A stretch of 64,000 nt of DNA from Amphiscolops sp. MND2022 (GCA_964187785.1 OZ076409.1:32862001-32926000); one strand, 5' to 3'; numbered from the stretch's first letter, positions 11,395 through 26,000 are shown. Numbers and translations: made by a program. The notes: generated from the sequence alone by a model not told the origin.

Positions 11395-11915
11395 GTCAAC
11401 ACTGGCGCCTCATTCCAGCCTAATGTACTTCTTACTGAATCAAAGGAAGTACTATTTAGGGAACTTTGAAAATTTCAGAAAGAAATAGACGACATACAGG
11501 CAGAGTACAATTGAAAAAATGCAATAAATTTATGTTAAAACTTATGTTTCAACAATTTGATTTTTCTTCACATTCAAAAATTTAAGGCAAATGGCTTGAC
11601 TAATATTCCTCCTTTTAAGACTTATGTTTATTGCTGGTGGCTGGATGCAGGATTGGAGAGCAGTCAAGTCTCAGGAGCAAGGATCACAATCCTCAGACTA
11701 GTTACTCTTTTGAAACAGAAATTTCTCTTATTGAAAACAGAACTATGCAATTGTCGAGTTATTTCGTAAATCATTCATAGTTATTTTTTGAGGACGATGA
11801 TCAAATTGAATCAAAGATTAAAATTCTGTCATGAGTAAAATTGTTTTGAGGTCAAATATTTAAGAGTCCCTTCAATTAGTTCATATGTCTTCAAATGGAA
11901 TGTTTCAGCTATGAT
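11395..11915 (+). repeat. Diverged partial copy of the 1.12-kb repeat unit; target site of the Polinton
   Basis: ACACTGGCGCCTCATTCCAGCCTAATGTAC... through ...GTTTCAGCTA matches the end of the array unit and the flank at 21857-21937. Confidence 0.85.
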
Positions 11916-12136
11916 ACAATTCCTCTCATCGAAAAACTTCCGGTGTCTGGAAAAGAGCCATCATGCAGTCAGAGGAGTAATGTAGGTTTCGATAAGTCTC
12001 AATGAATGAATGATTGAACTGAAGGATCGCGAAGTCAGGCATTGATGTCAACTTGGTCCGCTTCATAATCACCTCTATCAGGGACTATTTGAGTAGTTGT
12101 AACTTGAGGGTTGCTATTTTCGATTTGTGATAATGA

Positions 12137-15100
12137 TTAAAACTTGTTGGCTGATTGACAATGGATGAAATTAGGGCGTGTTTGTCCAATTATTGAACTT
12201 GCCATTCTAGGGTCTAGTGTCTCTTGCATGAGCAGTTGATCGCATTTAGCAGATGTAGATGGTTCGTTTGGATTCATTTTTGATTGTGATCGTGAAATAT
12301 GATATATACGTCCAAATGTTTTGTGAAAATCGTCCGCAGCGTGACAATCACTTGTTCCCAGTCCCATCATCGGTTTAGCACTTTTGTTTTTATCAAGTAA
12401 GGATGGAAACAATTCCGATGCCAAATTGTATCGATGATGAATGTACACGAAGATCAAGTGCAAAGCTGTCGATACAATAAAGACAGTTAATATGAGCATC
12501 AACGAAATTAGGATTGGAACATACTGGTTGAATTTTGTTTAGGCTGGCTTCAGTAGTTTCATTTCGAATGCATATGGTCTCGCAATGTCGATAACCTGCT
12601 CGACTTCAATTCTTTGTCCCTTTTGCGAACTGTAGCTTTACCTCCTTCAAGAACTTTATTCCTGTTTCAGCGTCCGATGTGTAGAACGGTAATTCTTCCT
12701 AAGGGGGGGGGGGACTTCCATAACCAATGAAGCGATAGGATTAAGCAGAGAAGCTTGAAATTTAATTGACGGAATGGGAACGCAGCTTGATAGATCCGAT
12801 CGACTTTTAATTTCACTCACGATTTGCATTCCACATGCTAATGTGATAAGACAGATGCGGCGTCCGCGAAAAGAAGAGCCCTGAACAGATGATCAAACTT
12901 CACGAAGGGTAACGGTGTGGGCGGATTGCAACAGATGAAGATGAAACTTTACGAAGGGTAACGGCGTGAGCGGATTGCAACCTGCATTGCAAGTACATAT
13001 TCGGTAGTCAGTTGCGTACGTTCAATCGAATTGTTATTAAAGCGGAGATATAATGGTTTCAATGATTCTCGACCATGAAACAATGTGATCGGGCTGGTCC
13101 CTATTGCAAAATGATAGGAAGTATTATGAATGAATGCAGCAAGTTGCACATACGCGTACCAGTCATTTCACTGCTCTGCGTTGGTCCACTACAAAATTCG
13201 TTTCAGGGCGCTATCCGACTACAATTTGAGTGTCCACAACACCTACAATTTGAGGGTGCTTTAGACTGGCATGTTAGTTTATTTCCAAAAGTCAATTGGT
13301 TTATCAAGTCGCTCACAATAGTACCCAAGTTCGCTAAAATAGTTTTTGGGATATGACTGACAAAAAACATCGACGCAAGTTCTCGTGCAACTGTTTTTGA
13401 GCTCCCGTTAGTAAGTGGGACTGCGGCGAAAAGATATTTTGTAAAAACATTAAAACCCGTAAGGACATAACGATAGAGCGGGGACTGGACCGACAAGGTC
13501 AACTAGTACCATTTCTCCAGGGTGAGAATATAACAATATAACGAGGAGAGTGGTTGCAACGGAGTTTTCAGTTTTTGGTTGACACACGCTTCAGTTGCAA
13601 ACATTGTAAACAGTTATGAATAGTTGATGTTATGTATTCTGTGAAAATCGGCAAACAGTCGTTTTCTAAATTCTTCCATAGTTTTATTGATTCCCACATG
13701 GCCTGATATCGGTGAATCATGCAATCGGTAAATTACTTGGCGCCACAGGGATTTAGGAACAAACTGTTTGTGTTGAGCATTTCCTTGGTTGTCGTACCAC
13801 AGTCGATAATGAACTCATTAATTAGATGTGGAAACAGTTTCTTATACTTCCGTAATGCTATCGGTAAAGTTGGCGATGTGTCTGGCGAACCTCGAGCTTT
13901 CCATTGCATCACTCTACGAAAGATCTCTCGATTTTGTAATGAATAGAGGCCTATTGGATCCGACCGACTAGGCAAGGCATCAAGAATCCAGTGATTTAAA
14001 GAGACGGGATAGTCTGCACTTCTGTTATATCTTGTAACAATTGTTCGTAGAGACCAAATTCATTCAATTGTGAAATTAGGCGTTCGTTAGCCTTGTCTCC
14101 AATAGTTCCAGAAAAATCTCTTGAATAAGTATCCCATCGGTTAATTTGAAATGGTTAAAGTAGGGTGTGTTTGCATTCGTGACAAGAAAACTGCGACCGA
14201 AGTCGCTCTACCAGGGATATGAGCAAGAATGTTAAAAGACAAAACTATCCAGACAGTTCCATAACGACGGATGAATACTTTCAAGTGGAAAACTTGTGAG
14301 ACTACGGTTACCTGTCGTCTAGCACAGGTTTAGTTGCTCCCCATATAAAATGAGCGAAATTGTCTAAGGCGAAATAGAGAAAAAGAAATTCTCTGTAGTA
14401 AATCAAAAATTTCAATTGCGAGTCGGGATCCAAAGGAAACTGGCTGGCGCAGATACTTTTTTCCTATTGTTTGATCTAACAAAAAGCATTCAATCATGAG
14501 AACAAAACCTGTACCATGATAACTAGCGTCACAAAGAAGTACATATTAGAGACCGTGTTTTGCCAATCGCAAAGTAGAGTTGGTAGCATTTCGTTAATCT
14601 GTTTTCAATACATCTAATGCTTCGCTAGGTATGGAACCAGTTTGTAGAAAATTAGTTTGTAGAATCGAGTTTGTAAATCATCAATTCAAGAAGAAAAACA
14701 AAGGGACCAATAGTGTAGGAAAGATGCGAAGTATAAAACGTGCCTCGGATATGTCCCCATTTCCTCTAAAGCCCCGCGGCCCCTTGGGGCCGCTTATGTT
14801 CCCACTTTGCTAAGCGAGGTCGAACAGCAAAGACCTAGCGGGAACGGAGATCGCGAAGCGATCGTAGTGGGAGCTGGTCCTTGCGACGGTGAGGGCGAGC
14901 GTGCATACACAGGATATGCCCATTCCAGTTTTTAGAGCTTATTCCTTTAAATCTTGAGCGGTGGAGCTCTCAGGATCTTGTGTTAAGGATGTCCAGTTTG
15001 TAGAATTTATTGATCGAGTTTGTAGAAAAAATCTACAAACTGGACTACCAAGGACCAGTTTGTAGAATTCTACAAACTGGACAAAATCCTTTCGCTATGT

Positions 15101-16200
15101 TGTTTCGTGGTTTTAAATGCTACGTGTGCTCAAAAGTTTGTAGAATGGTAGTACTTGTTGGCCCAAGTTGGGCATGAAAGAATGAAAAAATTGGAAAAAG
15201 CCAATCAATCTTTTCACTTATTTGTTTCTGTTATTCTAAGGTTTCGAGAATTTTTTCATTTTGTCTGCTTCCGGTGAAATTCCTTTAGGTGTTATAGTGC
15301 TTCCTAAAAAATCAATCTTCGTCTTCCCAAATTCGCGTTTATGAGCAGGCAATTTTAAGCCCGATGCCCACAGGCAATCGAATGTTTTCCTTGAAGCAGG
15401 AATCATAACAAAACTGTTTACGTCCATGCCAATGTTGTCCATAAATTGTACAAACATTGGCAGCCAGACATTTATCTAGATAACGTTTAACGAACGAACT
15501 GAATCGAGTGACCGATTAGTGCAGGCCTTGAACTAAACAATTATAAGAAATAAATGTGAAGCGAAATTAAATGCCAGTAATTGTACCGAAACAATGCCAA
15601 CAATTGTACTAGCTTTGCACTGTTGATTTCGCGATAGCGACCGCGGTTATTGCTTCGATTTCCGCGACAGCCTTGGCCACGGTAGTTTTGAGAGCCGCGT
15701 TGCGAATTATTCTGGTTTTGCCGATTTTGTAACTGATAGTTGGAATTAGTAGTTTGCTCTTCTAATTTTTCAGACATTTCGTTTAGTCTATTATCCATTG
15801 TTTCTTGGCTATGACTGTTTTGTAAGAACTGTAACTAAAGCATCAGATACTGAAGGTCGCACTTCACTAAAGGCATCTATAACCGAATCTTCAAGCTCAT
15901 AAAGGTTGTATATCGAAAGTTGTTTTCGAGCGAATATACACAAACTTCAACCGTTGTGGATTCCGGTTGTTTCAAGAGTTTCGGTCTAAGCCAACCAGGC
16001 ATTGTTGCACTGAATGCATTATTTCGTCTCTTCTGGCAGTTTCAGAATCAAATCGTATTTGTTCCACTGCTACATCCGAAGCGGGACAGTCAATTGATGC
16101 TACTGCAGGTGGATCTGGATAAGCTTTAAGTGCCTCCGTTTGTAACGTGACTAAAAAATTCTCTGGATTGTCTGTTTTCGGATCAAATTTTATGTTTTAT
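12137..16200 (-). mobile_element. Decayed Ty3/Gypsy retrotransposon internal region (gag, RT, RNase H, integrase, env-like fragments)
   Basis: SGLKL..HK.EFG..KIDFLG.TIT (RT), LYV.CDAS..G.GFVLM (RNase H), YVLT...VFTKYLFAVP (integrase), an N/R/G-rich gag segment and a TM-containing ORF at 12137-12502; many stops and frameshifts. Confidence 0.8.
14628..15089. mobile_element. MITE with GG...CC ends, CCAGTTTGTAGAA terminal repeats and an 8-bp TSD
   Basis: Flanks cttcgcta / tttcgcta; removing the insert restores the Gypsy pol frame locally (TKQHSEALDVLKTD). Confidence 0.8.
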
Positions 16201-16306
16201 CGGACCATGATTCTAAGAGTTAAATGTAAAATAGAAAGGGACTGATGAAACAAACTAAAACTAAGATTGTAGTGATTATATAGTCAAGTATACTGGCTTC
16301 TAGCTT

Positions 16307-19300
16307 GAACAACGAATTTCAAACTTTCGAAGCAAAACAAGAAAAGTTTGAAATTCAAATTGTGGAGTTTTTGTAACAATTACAGTTTTCGGTGAAAAAA
16401 GAAAATTTGCAATTGAGAAGGAGTTAACTAAGAAGGAGAAGCTTCAGAATTAAATCACACACCGAGTGTATTCGTCTTGGCATTTTGAAGTCATTATGAA
16501 ATTGAATACAGATATCGCAGCATCAAAAGTCGCCCGATTGGAGACTTTCACCAAAACCTTTCGTTGATTTCTATAATTTCCAGTTTCTGTTGTGCCGTGT
16601 TTGTTTCAGTTATTACAGCCTCGTGGATGTGGAGCTGGACGTGGATGATGTGACAGGAACACAGTGGGTGGTTGCTCGGGGGTCTCGTGTGACCTTTTTT
16701 AGACAAAAAGGATAGTTCTTCTCAGTATTGCATAGTGAGGATCGTTATCTTCTTGTCACCAAGTAATATTCCTCCTTTTATGATGTTTCAAGAAAGTTTT
16801 CAGGCAAGCGGAAGTTGTCGTGACTTCTGTTGAAATCCCAAGCTCGTTTCAAATGTTTGAAGTTACAAGGTATGCCAAAACAGGTTTTGGACTTTAAATT
16901 TACAAGGCCGTTAACTGTCCACACTGGCGCCTCATTCCAGCCTAATGTACTTTTTACTGAATCAAAGGAAGTACTATTTATGGCATTTTTTGAAACAATT
17001 CCAGAACGAAATAGACGACATAGTGGCAGAGTACAATTGAAAAAATGCAATAATTTTTCTACTTAAGTTTTAACAATTTGATTTTTCTTCACATTCAAAA
17101 ATTCAAGGCAAATGGTTTGACTAAAATTCTCCTTTTAAGACAGTTGTTTTTGGCTGGTGGTTGGATGCAGGAATGGAGAGCAGTCAAGTCTTCGGATCAC
17201 AATAAATCAGAGTAGTTACCATTTCTCTCATTGAAAACCAAGGATGCATTTGTCGAGTTATAGCCCTCTCTGTAGTTTATGATATTCGTAAATTATATTA
17301 ATTTGTTTAAAGATGATGATCAAATAGAATCAAAGATTAAAGTTCTGTCATCGAACAACGAATTTCAAACTTTCGAAGCAAAACAAGAAATGTTCGAAAT
17401 TCAATTTGTGGAGTTTTTGTAACAATTACAGAAAAAAGAAAATTTGCAATTGAGAAGGAGTTAACTAAGTTTCGAAGTGATTCGCAGTTGAGTTCAAAAA
17501 AGTAACATACGTCAGACAAAAGTTCATTTGAAATCGAAAACAACGAACACTATAACATTTACTGCTTCAGAATTAAATCACACATCGAGTGTATTCGTCT
17601 TGGCATTTTGAAGTCGTTATGAAATTGAATACAGATATCGCAGCATCAAAAGTCGCCAGATTGGAGACTTTCACCAAAACCTTTCGTTGATTTCTATAAT
17701 TTCCAGTTTCTGTTGTGCCGTGTTTGTTTCAGTTACTACAGCCTCGTGGATATGGAGCTGGACGTGGATGATATGACAGGAACACAGTGGGTGGTTGCTC
17801 GGGGGTCTCGTGTGACCTTTTTAGACAAAAAGGATAGTTCTTCTCAGTATTGCATAGTGAGGATCGTTATCTTCTTGTCACCAAGTAATATTCCTCCTTT
17901 TATGATGTTTCAAGAAAGGTTTCAGGCAAGCGGAAGTTGTCGTGACTTCTGTTGAAATCCCAAGCTCGTTTTAAATGTTTGAAGTTACAAGGTATGCCAA
18001 AACAGGTTTTGGACTTTAAATTTACAAGGCCGTTAACTGTCCACACTGGCGCCTCATTCCAGCCTAATGTACTTTTTACTGAATCAAAGGAAGTACTATT
18101 TATGGCATTTTTTGAAACAATTCCAGAACGAAATAGACGACATAGAGGCAGAGTACAATTGAAAAAATGCAATAATTTTTTAACTTAAGTTTTAACAATT
18201 TGATTTTTCTTCACATTCAAAAATTCAAGGCAAATGGTTTGACTAAAATTCTCCTTTTAAGACAGTTGTTTTTGGCTGGTGGTTGGATGCAGGAATGGAG
18301 AGCAGTCAAGTCTTCGGATCACAATAAATCAGAGTAGTTACCATTTCTCTCATTGAAAACCAAGGATGCATTTGTCGAGTTATAGCCCTCTCTGTAGTTT
18401 ATGATATTCGTAAATTATATTAATTTGTTTAAAGATGATGATCAAAAAGAATCAAAGATTAAAGTTCTGTCATCGAACAACGAATTTCAAACTTTCGAAG
18501 CAAAACAAGAAATGTTTGAAATTCAATTTGTGGAGTTTTTGTAACAATTACAGAAAAAAGAAAATTTGCAATTGAGAAGGAGTTAACTAAGTTTCGAAGT
18601 GATTCGCAGTTGAGTTCAAAAAAGTAACATACGTCAGACAAAAGTTCATTTGAAATCGAAAACAACGAACACTATAACATTTACTGCTTCAGAATTAAAT
18701 CACACATCGAGTGTATTCGTCTTGGCATTTTGAAGTCGTTATGAAATTGAATACAGATATCGCAGCATCAAAAGTCGCCAGATTGGAGACTTTCACCAAA
18801 ACCTTTCGTTGATTTCTATAATTTCCAGTTTCTAATGTGCCGTGTTTGTTTCAGTTACTACAGCCTCGTGGATATGGAGCTGGACGTGGATGATATGACA
18901 GGAACACAGTGGGTGGTTGCTCGGGGGTCTCCTGTGACCTTTTTAGACAAAAAGGATAGTTCTTCTCAGTATTGCATAGTGAGGATCGTTATCTTCTTGT
19001 CACCAAGTAATATTCCTCCTTTTATGATGTTTCAAGAAAGTTTTCAGGCAAGCGGAAGTTGTCGTGACTTCTGTTGAAATCCCAAGCTCGTTTCAAATGT
19101 TTGAAGTTACAAGGTATGCCAAAACAGGTTTTGGACTTTAAATTTACAAGGCCGTTAACTGTCCACACTGGCGCCTCATTCCAGCCTAATGTACTTTTTA
19201 CTGAATCAAATGAAGTACTATTTATGGCATTTTTTGAAACAATTCCAGAACGAAATAGACGACATAGAGGCAGAGTACAATTGAAAAAATGCAATAATTT

Positions 19301-21857
19301 TTTTACTTAAGTTTTAACAATTTGATTTTTCTTCACATTCAAAAATTCAAGGCAAATGGTTTGACTAATATTCTCCTTTTAAGACAGTTGTTTTTGGCTG
19401 GTGGTTGGATGCAGGAATGGAGAGCAGTCAAGTCTTCGGATCACAATAAATCATAGTAGTTACCATTTCTCTCATTGAAAACCAAGGATGCATTTGTCGA
19501 GTTATAGCCCTCTCTGTAGTTTATGATATTCGTAAATTATATTAATTTGTTTAAAGATGATGATCAAATAGAATCAAAGATTAAAGTTCTGTCATCGAAC
19601 AACGAATTTCAAACTTTCGAAGCAAAACAAGAAAAGTTTGAAATTCAATTTGTGGAGTTTTTGTAACAATTACAGTTTTCGGTGAAAAAAGAAAATTTGC
19701 AATTGAGAAGGAGTTAACTAAGTTTCGAAGTGATTCGCAGTTGAGTTCAAAAAAGTAACATACGTCAGACAAAAGTTCATTTGAAATCGAAAACAACGAA
19801 CACTATAACATTTACTGCTTCAGAAATAAATCACACATCGAGTGTATTCGTCTTGGCATTTTGAAGTCGTTACGAAATTGAATACAGATATCGCAGCATC
19901 AAAAGTCGCCCGATTGGAGACTTTCACCAAAACCTTTCGTTGATTTCTATAATTTCCAGTTTCTGTTGTGCCGTGTTTGTTTCAGTTATTACAGCCTCGT
20001 GGATGTGGAGCTGGACGTGGATGATGTGACAGGAACACAGTGGGTTGTTGCTCGGGGGTCTCGTGTGACCTTTTTTAGACAAAAAGGATAGTTCTTCTCA
20101 GTATTGCATAGTGAGGATCGTTATCTTCCTGTCACCAAGTAATATTCCTCCTATTATGATGTTTCAAGAAAGTTTTCAGGCAAGCGGAAGTTGTCGTGAC
20201 TTCTGTTGAAATCCCAAGCTCGTTTTAAATGTTTGAAGTTACAAGGTATGCCAAAACAGGTTTTGGACTTTAAATTTACAAGGCCGTTAACTGTCCACAC
20301 TGGCGCCTCATTCCAGCCTAATGTACTTTTTACTGAATCAAAGGAAGTACTATTTATGGCATTTTTTGAAACAATTCCAGAACGAAATAGACGACATAGA
20401 GGCAGAGTACAATTGAAAAAATGCAATAATTTTTTTACTTAGGTTTTAACAATTTGATTTTTCTTCACATTCAAAAATTCAAGGCAAATGGTTTGACTAA
20501 TATTCTCCTTTTAAGACAGTTGTTTTTGGCTGGTGGTTGGATGCAGGAATGGAGAGCAGTCAAGTCTTCGGATCACAATAAATCAGAGTAGTTACCATTT
20601 CTCTCATTGAAAACCAAGGATGCATTTGTCGAGTTATAGCCCTCTCTGTAGTTTATGATATTCGTAAATTATATTAATTTGTTTAAAGATGATGATCAAA
20701 TAGAATCAAAGATTAAAGTTCTGTCATCGAACAACGAATTTCAAACTTTCGAAGCAAAACAAGAAAAGTTTGAAATTCAATTTGTGGAGTTTTTGTAACA
20801 ATTACAGTTTTCGGTGAAAAAAGAAAATTTGCAATTGAGAAGGAGTTAACTAAGTTTCGAAGTGATTCGCAGTTGAGTTCAAAAAAGTAACATACGTCAG
20901 ACAAAAGTTCATTTGAAATCGAAAACAACGAACACTATAACATTTACTGCTTCAGAAATAAATCACACATCGAGTGTATTCGTCTTGGCATTTTGAAGTC
21001 GTTATGAAATTGAATACAGATATCGCAGCATCAAAAGTCGCCCGATTGGAGACTTTCACCAAAACCTTTCGTTGATTTCTATAATTTCCAGTTTCTGTTG
21101 TGCCGTGTTTGTTTCAGTTATTACAGCCTCGTGGATGTGGAGCTGGACGTGGATGATGTGACAGGAACACAGTGGGTTGTTGCTCGGGGGTCTCGTGTGA
21201 CCTTTTTTAGACAAAAAGGATAGTTCTTCTCAGTATTGCATAGTGAGGATCGTTATCTTCCTGTCACCAAGTAATATTCCTCCTTTTATTGTTTCAAGAA
21301 AGTTTTCAGGCAAGCGGAAGTTGTCGTGACTTCTGTTGAAATCCCAAGCTCGTTTCAAATGTTTGAAGTTACAAGGTATGCCAAAACAGGTTTTGGACTT
21401 TAAATTTACAAGGCCGTTAACTGTCCACACTGGCGCCTCATTCCAGCCTAATGTACTTTTTACTGAATCAAAGGAAGTACTATTTATGGCATTTTTTGAA
21501 ACAATTCCAGAACGAAATAGACGACATAGAGGCAGAGTACAATTGAAAAAATGCAATAATTTTTTTACTTAGGTTTTAACAATTTGATTTTTCTTCACAT
21601 TCAAAAATTCAAGGCAAATGGTTTGACTAATATTCTCCTTTTAAGACAGTTGTTTTTGGCTGGTGGTTGGATGCAGGAATGGAGAGCAGTCAAGTCTTCG
21701 GATCACAATAAATCAGAGTAGTTACCATTTCTCTCATTGAAAACCAAGGATGCATTTGTCGAGTTATAGCCCTCTCTGTAGTTTATGATATTCGTAAATT
21801 ATATTAATTTGTTTAAAGATGATGATCAAATAGAATCAAAGATTAAAGTTCTGTCAT
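16307..21857 (+). repeat. Tandem array of five ~1.12-kb units
   Basis: Units start at 16307, 17353, 18475, 19597 and 20729 (GAACAACGAATTTC); near-identical ORFs recur in the ORF track. Confidence 0.97.
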
Positions 21858-22578
21858 AAGTGAAATATTTTAAGGTCAAATAATTAGGAGTTCCTTCAAT
21901 TAGTTCAAATGTCCTCAATATAGGAATGTTTCAGCTATTGCAGTTTGCTTGTTCTTTTGCTTCACGAACTTGCTGACAATCTCCCATGCATAGACAGGTT
22001 TTAGGTTATACTGATGATTTATTTTCCGAGATTTACAAGTTTTTCAATTTCACAGCGTCGACTAAAAAGTTAAAAGGGGAATAATCATTTGCTCCCATAT
22101 AGTTTTGTAATACACGTAAAATGATTAATTAAACAGACTCTTTGGACGCTCTAAAGGATTGAAACAAGAGCATAGAACGGCTACTGCTGATCGCTTTTCG
22201 CTACCTGAAGTGAAAACTGCCTCGCTATTTTTGCCTTTTGGACAGATAGTTTGTAACAAAAGTGAATTTCTATAATTATCCATATTTTACCATAAGAATC
22301 ACACGATGGACCACTTTGTAAAGTTGCACGTTTTGGATGCTAAATGACACCTGCTATTGAAAATAGCCTTTCCACTGCCGCATCACTTGCCCCAGAAGTT
22401 TTGTCAGTGCGCTCTGTGGCACACTTGACCAATATTGGCCTGCACAGAGCCGAAAAACCTGAAAGAGGATTTCTTTGCTACTTTCTAGCTTTGTAATGTG
22501 GTCCTAGTTACATTTTAGACTCGCTAGTAGTTTGTGTATATATATTCATTACAAATCGCAGGGGGGGGGGGGTTTGGC

Positions 22579-22678
22579 AAAAATTTCATTTCTACCAAAG
22601 ACTATGAGTCCCTCCCGGGACTCGAACCTCGCCAGTTGAAATGATGGGCCAGCGACCTAACCACTATGCCACGAAACC
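22579..22678 (-). ncRNA. tRNA-like Pol III cassette, left-arm copy
   Basis: On the - strand: A box TGGCATAGTGG, B box GGTTCGAGTCC and a downstream T5 run. Confidence 0.5.
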
Positions 22679-22734
22679 ATCTCAACCAGTATTTACAGGT
22701 TCTATATAAACCCAATAAATACCTAGTGAGCACA

Positions 22735-23065
22735 CCCCTCCTCCACACTCTACATGCAAAAATTGAAAAATTTTGAAAATCTTACAAAAACTCGGGAAAG
22801 TATCTGGAACAATCAGAAATGAAAAAAACCGCATCGTTGACATCAGAAAACAAAAAACGATAAAAAACTGTCAAAAATGTAACCCCCCCTTTACACTCTA
22901 CATGCAAAAAATTGAAATTTTTGAAAAACTCGGGAAAGGATCTGGAACAAACAAAAATGAAAAAAAAACGCATCGTTGACATCAGAAAACAAAAAAACGA
23001 TAAATGTCAAAAATGTGAACACAACCCCCCCTCCACAATCTACATGCAAAAAATCGAAAAATTTA
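22735..23065 (+). repeat. Subterminal ~140-150 bp direct repeats of the palindromic element
   Basis: TCTACATGCAAAAA recurs three times in the left arm; the right arm (38500-38695) has one unit fewer. Confidence 0.8.
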
Positions 23066-26000
23066 AAATTTTTCAAATAACCCAGAAATGGTGTGAAACA
23101 TTCAAAACTCTTGTTAGTTAAAAGCGTCTCAATCATCAATCATGAGGGCAAAAGGTCCCAGTAAACACTTCCTCAGGACATGTAAAATCTCAAAAACGAA
23201 CAAAAACAGAAAACGGAACTTGCTTCAACATGGAGTTTTGCAGCAAGATTTTGACCGTGGAAGACAACTAAAACCAAACTATTAGAAATGTTCTTTCTGT
23301 AAACCTCATTCCAACGGCAGTCATTCATGGGAAATGAGAAACCCAAATTCAAGAGTGCCCATGACTGACTTGTAAAGTCATTTAATTCCGCTGGTTGAAC
23401 AGCTATGAATTTAGGCCGCATTATGCTGTTTGATACGAAGCAAATTATTCATTTTACATAAATCCGTATAACTATAGTCATTGCTACCAGTGTTTATGCT
23501 AACCGAGGATAAACAGGACTATATACCAGCAAAGCCGGCAAAAGCAGGGCTCATGCTTACCAATTCCAATTGAGCATCATATCTGCTAATCAATGACAAA
23601 CATCGTACTTACACCTTCTGATCGTGATCATAAAAGTCTTAAAAATGTAAGATATTACTACGAAGCTCCTTTCAGCGAAGGGTTATTGAAATTTAGAAGC
23701 CAAGCATTTAACTTGTCTCGTTTTGGACTGTAAATGAGACATTATTGTGCCCATCAAGAAAAACTTTACCAGTCGGCTCTCTACCAGTAATATTCATCTC
23801 AATATCCAGGCGTTTAGTACTGCAGTTAATTTAAAAAATATATCAAAGAAATCCCTTGTGAAATCACCGATTTTTGGGTTTTCAAGAGAGACAATTTACG
23901 CTATCAAAACTTCTAAACCTTGTCTTTCTCATCTCAATGCTTGGGTATCTTTTGTCTCAAGTGTAACAGTCTGTAATCAATTGCAGGTCTAGTTTACATC
24001 CATTGCGCCAATTTTAGTACTGGATTTTTAAGCAAAAAATAAAACAGATAGTTAATTGCACTCGATCAAATCACAACCTGGTCATCTCAGGTAAATATAG
24101 CGAAGAGACTTCAAGTTACTTGTTTTCTGATCTTTGATACTTTCGATACTTTTCCAAAATCAAAACCTACATCTAGGGCTGTTCAGTCCCGCAGTTTCCG
24201 CCTAACTGGAGAATAAATTCCATATACCAATATATACTAGGTTTCATTGTGTTCAAGTATTTTAGTGATGGTCGAAAAATATGATAACTCCACCACTCCA
24301 ATTATATGCTTACCGATAATTCAAGCTGCTTTCAGAGAATAGAATAAATTGACATTTCGGAAACTTTCACAACAAAATGTCATGCAAACCGGGGTTTCCT
24401 TTCGATTACCTGCAAATTAGAATAGGTACTGCTTGAAAGTTGGAGAAAAGTCTACATATTGATAGAATTGCACGCCAGTGAGCTTTGTTTTTTGAAGGTT
24501 GCCTTGGATTGAAAAGAAAGGAAACCTTACGCTCATCTTCGTTTTCAATGGTACTTCTTGAATACATCCAACTGAGACACGGAGCTTTTATATAGACACG
24601 GAGCTCTGACCAAGAATTGAATGTTTCAGAATGCATCTACCTACGAATGAGGATTCTAAATAGTGTAAAGTCGTGACCAATCAAGAGTATGGTCTATATC
24701 GTCTCAAACATCATATCATTACCGCCCCAGCCTGACGGTAGATCAGCTGGATCTTTTCACTACTACATAGTCAAGTATCTCCCAATGTTTAGAGCTGTAT
24801 ATATTCAAAAAGTTCACAATGCCTAGAGCTGCATATTCATGCACTTCCCATTTTCCAGAGTGAACGTTTTCTGCTAAAATTGTCTCTTTCTTGATGCCGA
24901 GAATTACATGGAAGGTTTTGAATATTATACGTTGCTATTTTTTATAATTCATGCAATCTCAACATGAGACTGACAACATTTGTCAGTTATAAAAGCAACT
25001 TTAAAATGAGTCAGATTGAGTACGCAAAAGCTCCACTAAACCAGCTGACGCACGTTCAACAACTGTAATAAACACTTACACATACTGTGTCGGTACCGCT
25101 TTTGATCTTATCCAGCGTCGCACTCTGCAGAGTCTGTTTGCTCAATTATTTTCTAATTGCTTGACTGATGTTAAAAACAAATGCCACCCGGGACACGCTA
25201 TTGAAGCTACTGTTTAATGATTAATCACAAGTACAAAGGGCCGACGTCGCTTTCATGTTTACACAGCGTGTCGCTCTGTTTGATCAATCTGGAATTTGTA
25301 ACTACGGAGATCTATATGCCACTCGCGACACGCCTATTGAAGCTACTGTGTAATAAACAATCAAAAATACAAAGTTCTGGTGTCGCTTTCATGTTTACAC
25401 AGCGTGTCGCTTTATTTAATCAATATGAAATTGGCAACTACAGAGATCTATTGATCCAATATCAATCTTGCATCCGGTCTGCTCGACCAAAACAAAAACA
25501 ATCCATACTAAATTTTGTTTACGATGAACTAGCGAATGGAAATGATTCGAATTTTGAGGTCTCGATTCTGTTTCAATCATAAGTATCTTGTTTAAAAACA
25601 TTCATCAAATTTAGTGAATGAAAAAAGAATAGAAAGCCATTTCGGTGGTGTTAAAGTTTTGTGCCTGGTAAACATTGTTTTGTATGCAACAAGTTCTCTG
25701 TTGTGTCAAATGTGATTGAGATCCTCCCAATCCAGACGGCAGTACGGGGGAGAAGAAAATCAAAAAGAGGATTGCTCAAAGCTATACGGGGGCTGCTGAC
25801 GTCAAGAAGCAAAAACTGCTGATAAGAAGGAATGAAAAGTTGTACAACTCATTTCAAAAGTAATTGCAGCATACAAGTTTTGTTAATTTTCCTGTTTTCA
25901 TATCCATTAATCGTAGTTAAATAGGTTTTTTGAATGTTTTTGTTTCTATTTCATTTTTCGTGCATCGGTACATCCCATCTTCTCAATCGTTTTTGTTTGA

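Noticed and set aside
14628..15089. CRISPR-like array of CCAGTTTGTAGAA repeats (also ACGTTTCGGC, and ACCAATT at 45755-45890)
   Set aside because: Short repeats in both orientations with irregular spacing and no cas genes; they fit MITE subterminal repeats in a eukaryotic context.
16778..21572. Recurrent 68-108 aa ORFs in the tandem array as genes
   Set aside because: They recur only because the DNA is repeated; they overlap on both strands, mostly lack ATG starts and show no recognisable domain.
11395..21940. The repeat copies flanking the decayed Gypsy region as its LTRs
   Set aside because: They are in direct orientation, but I see no TG...CA ends, PBS or PPT, and gag abuts the repeat abruptly; not excluded, but unsupported.
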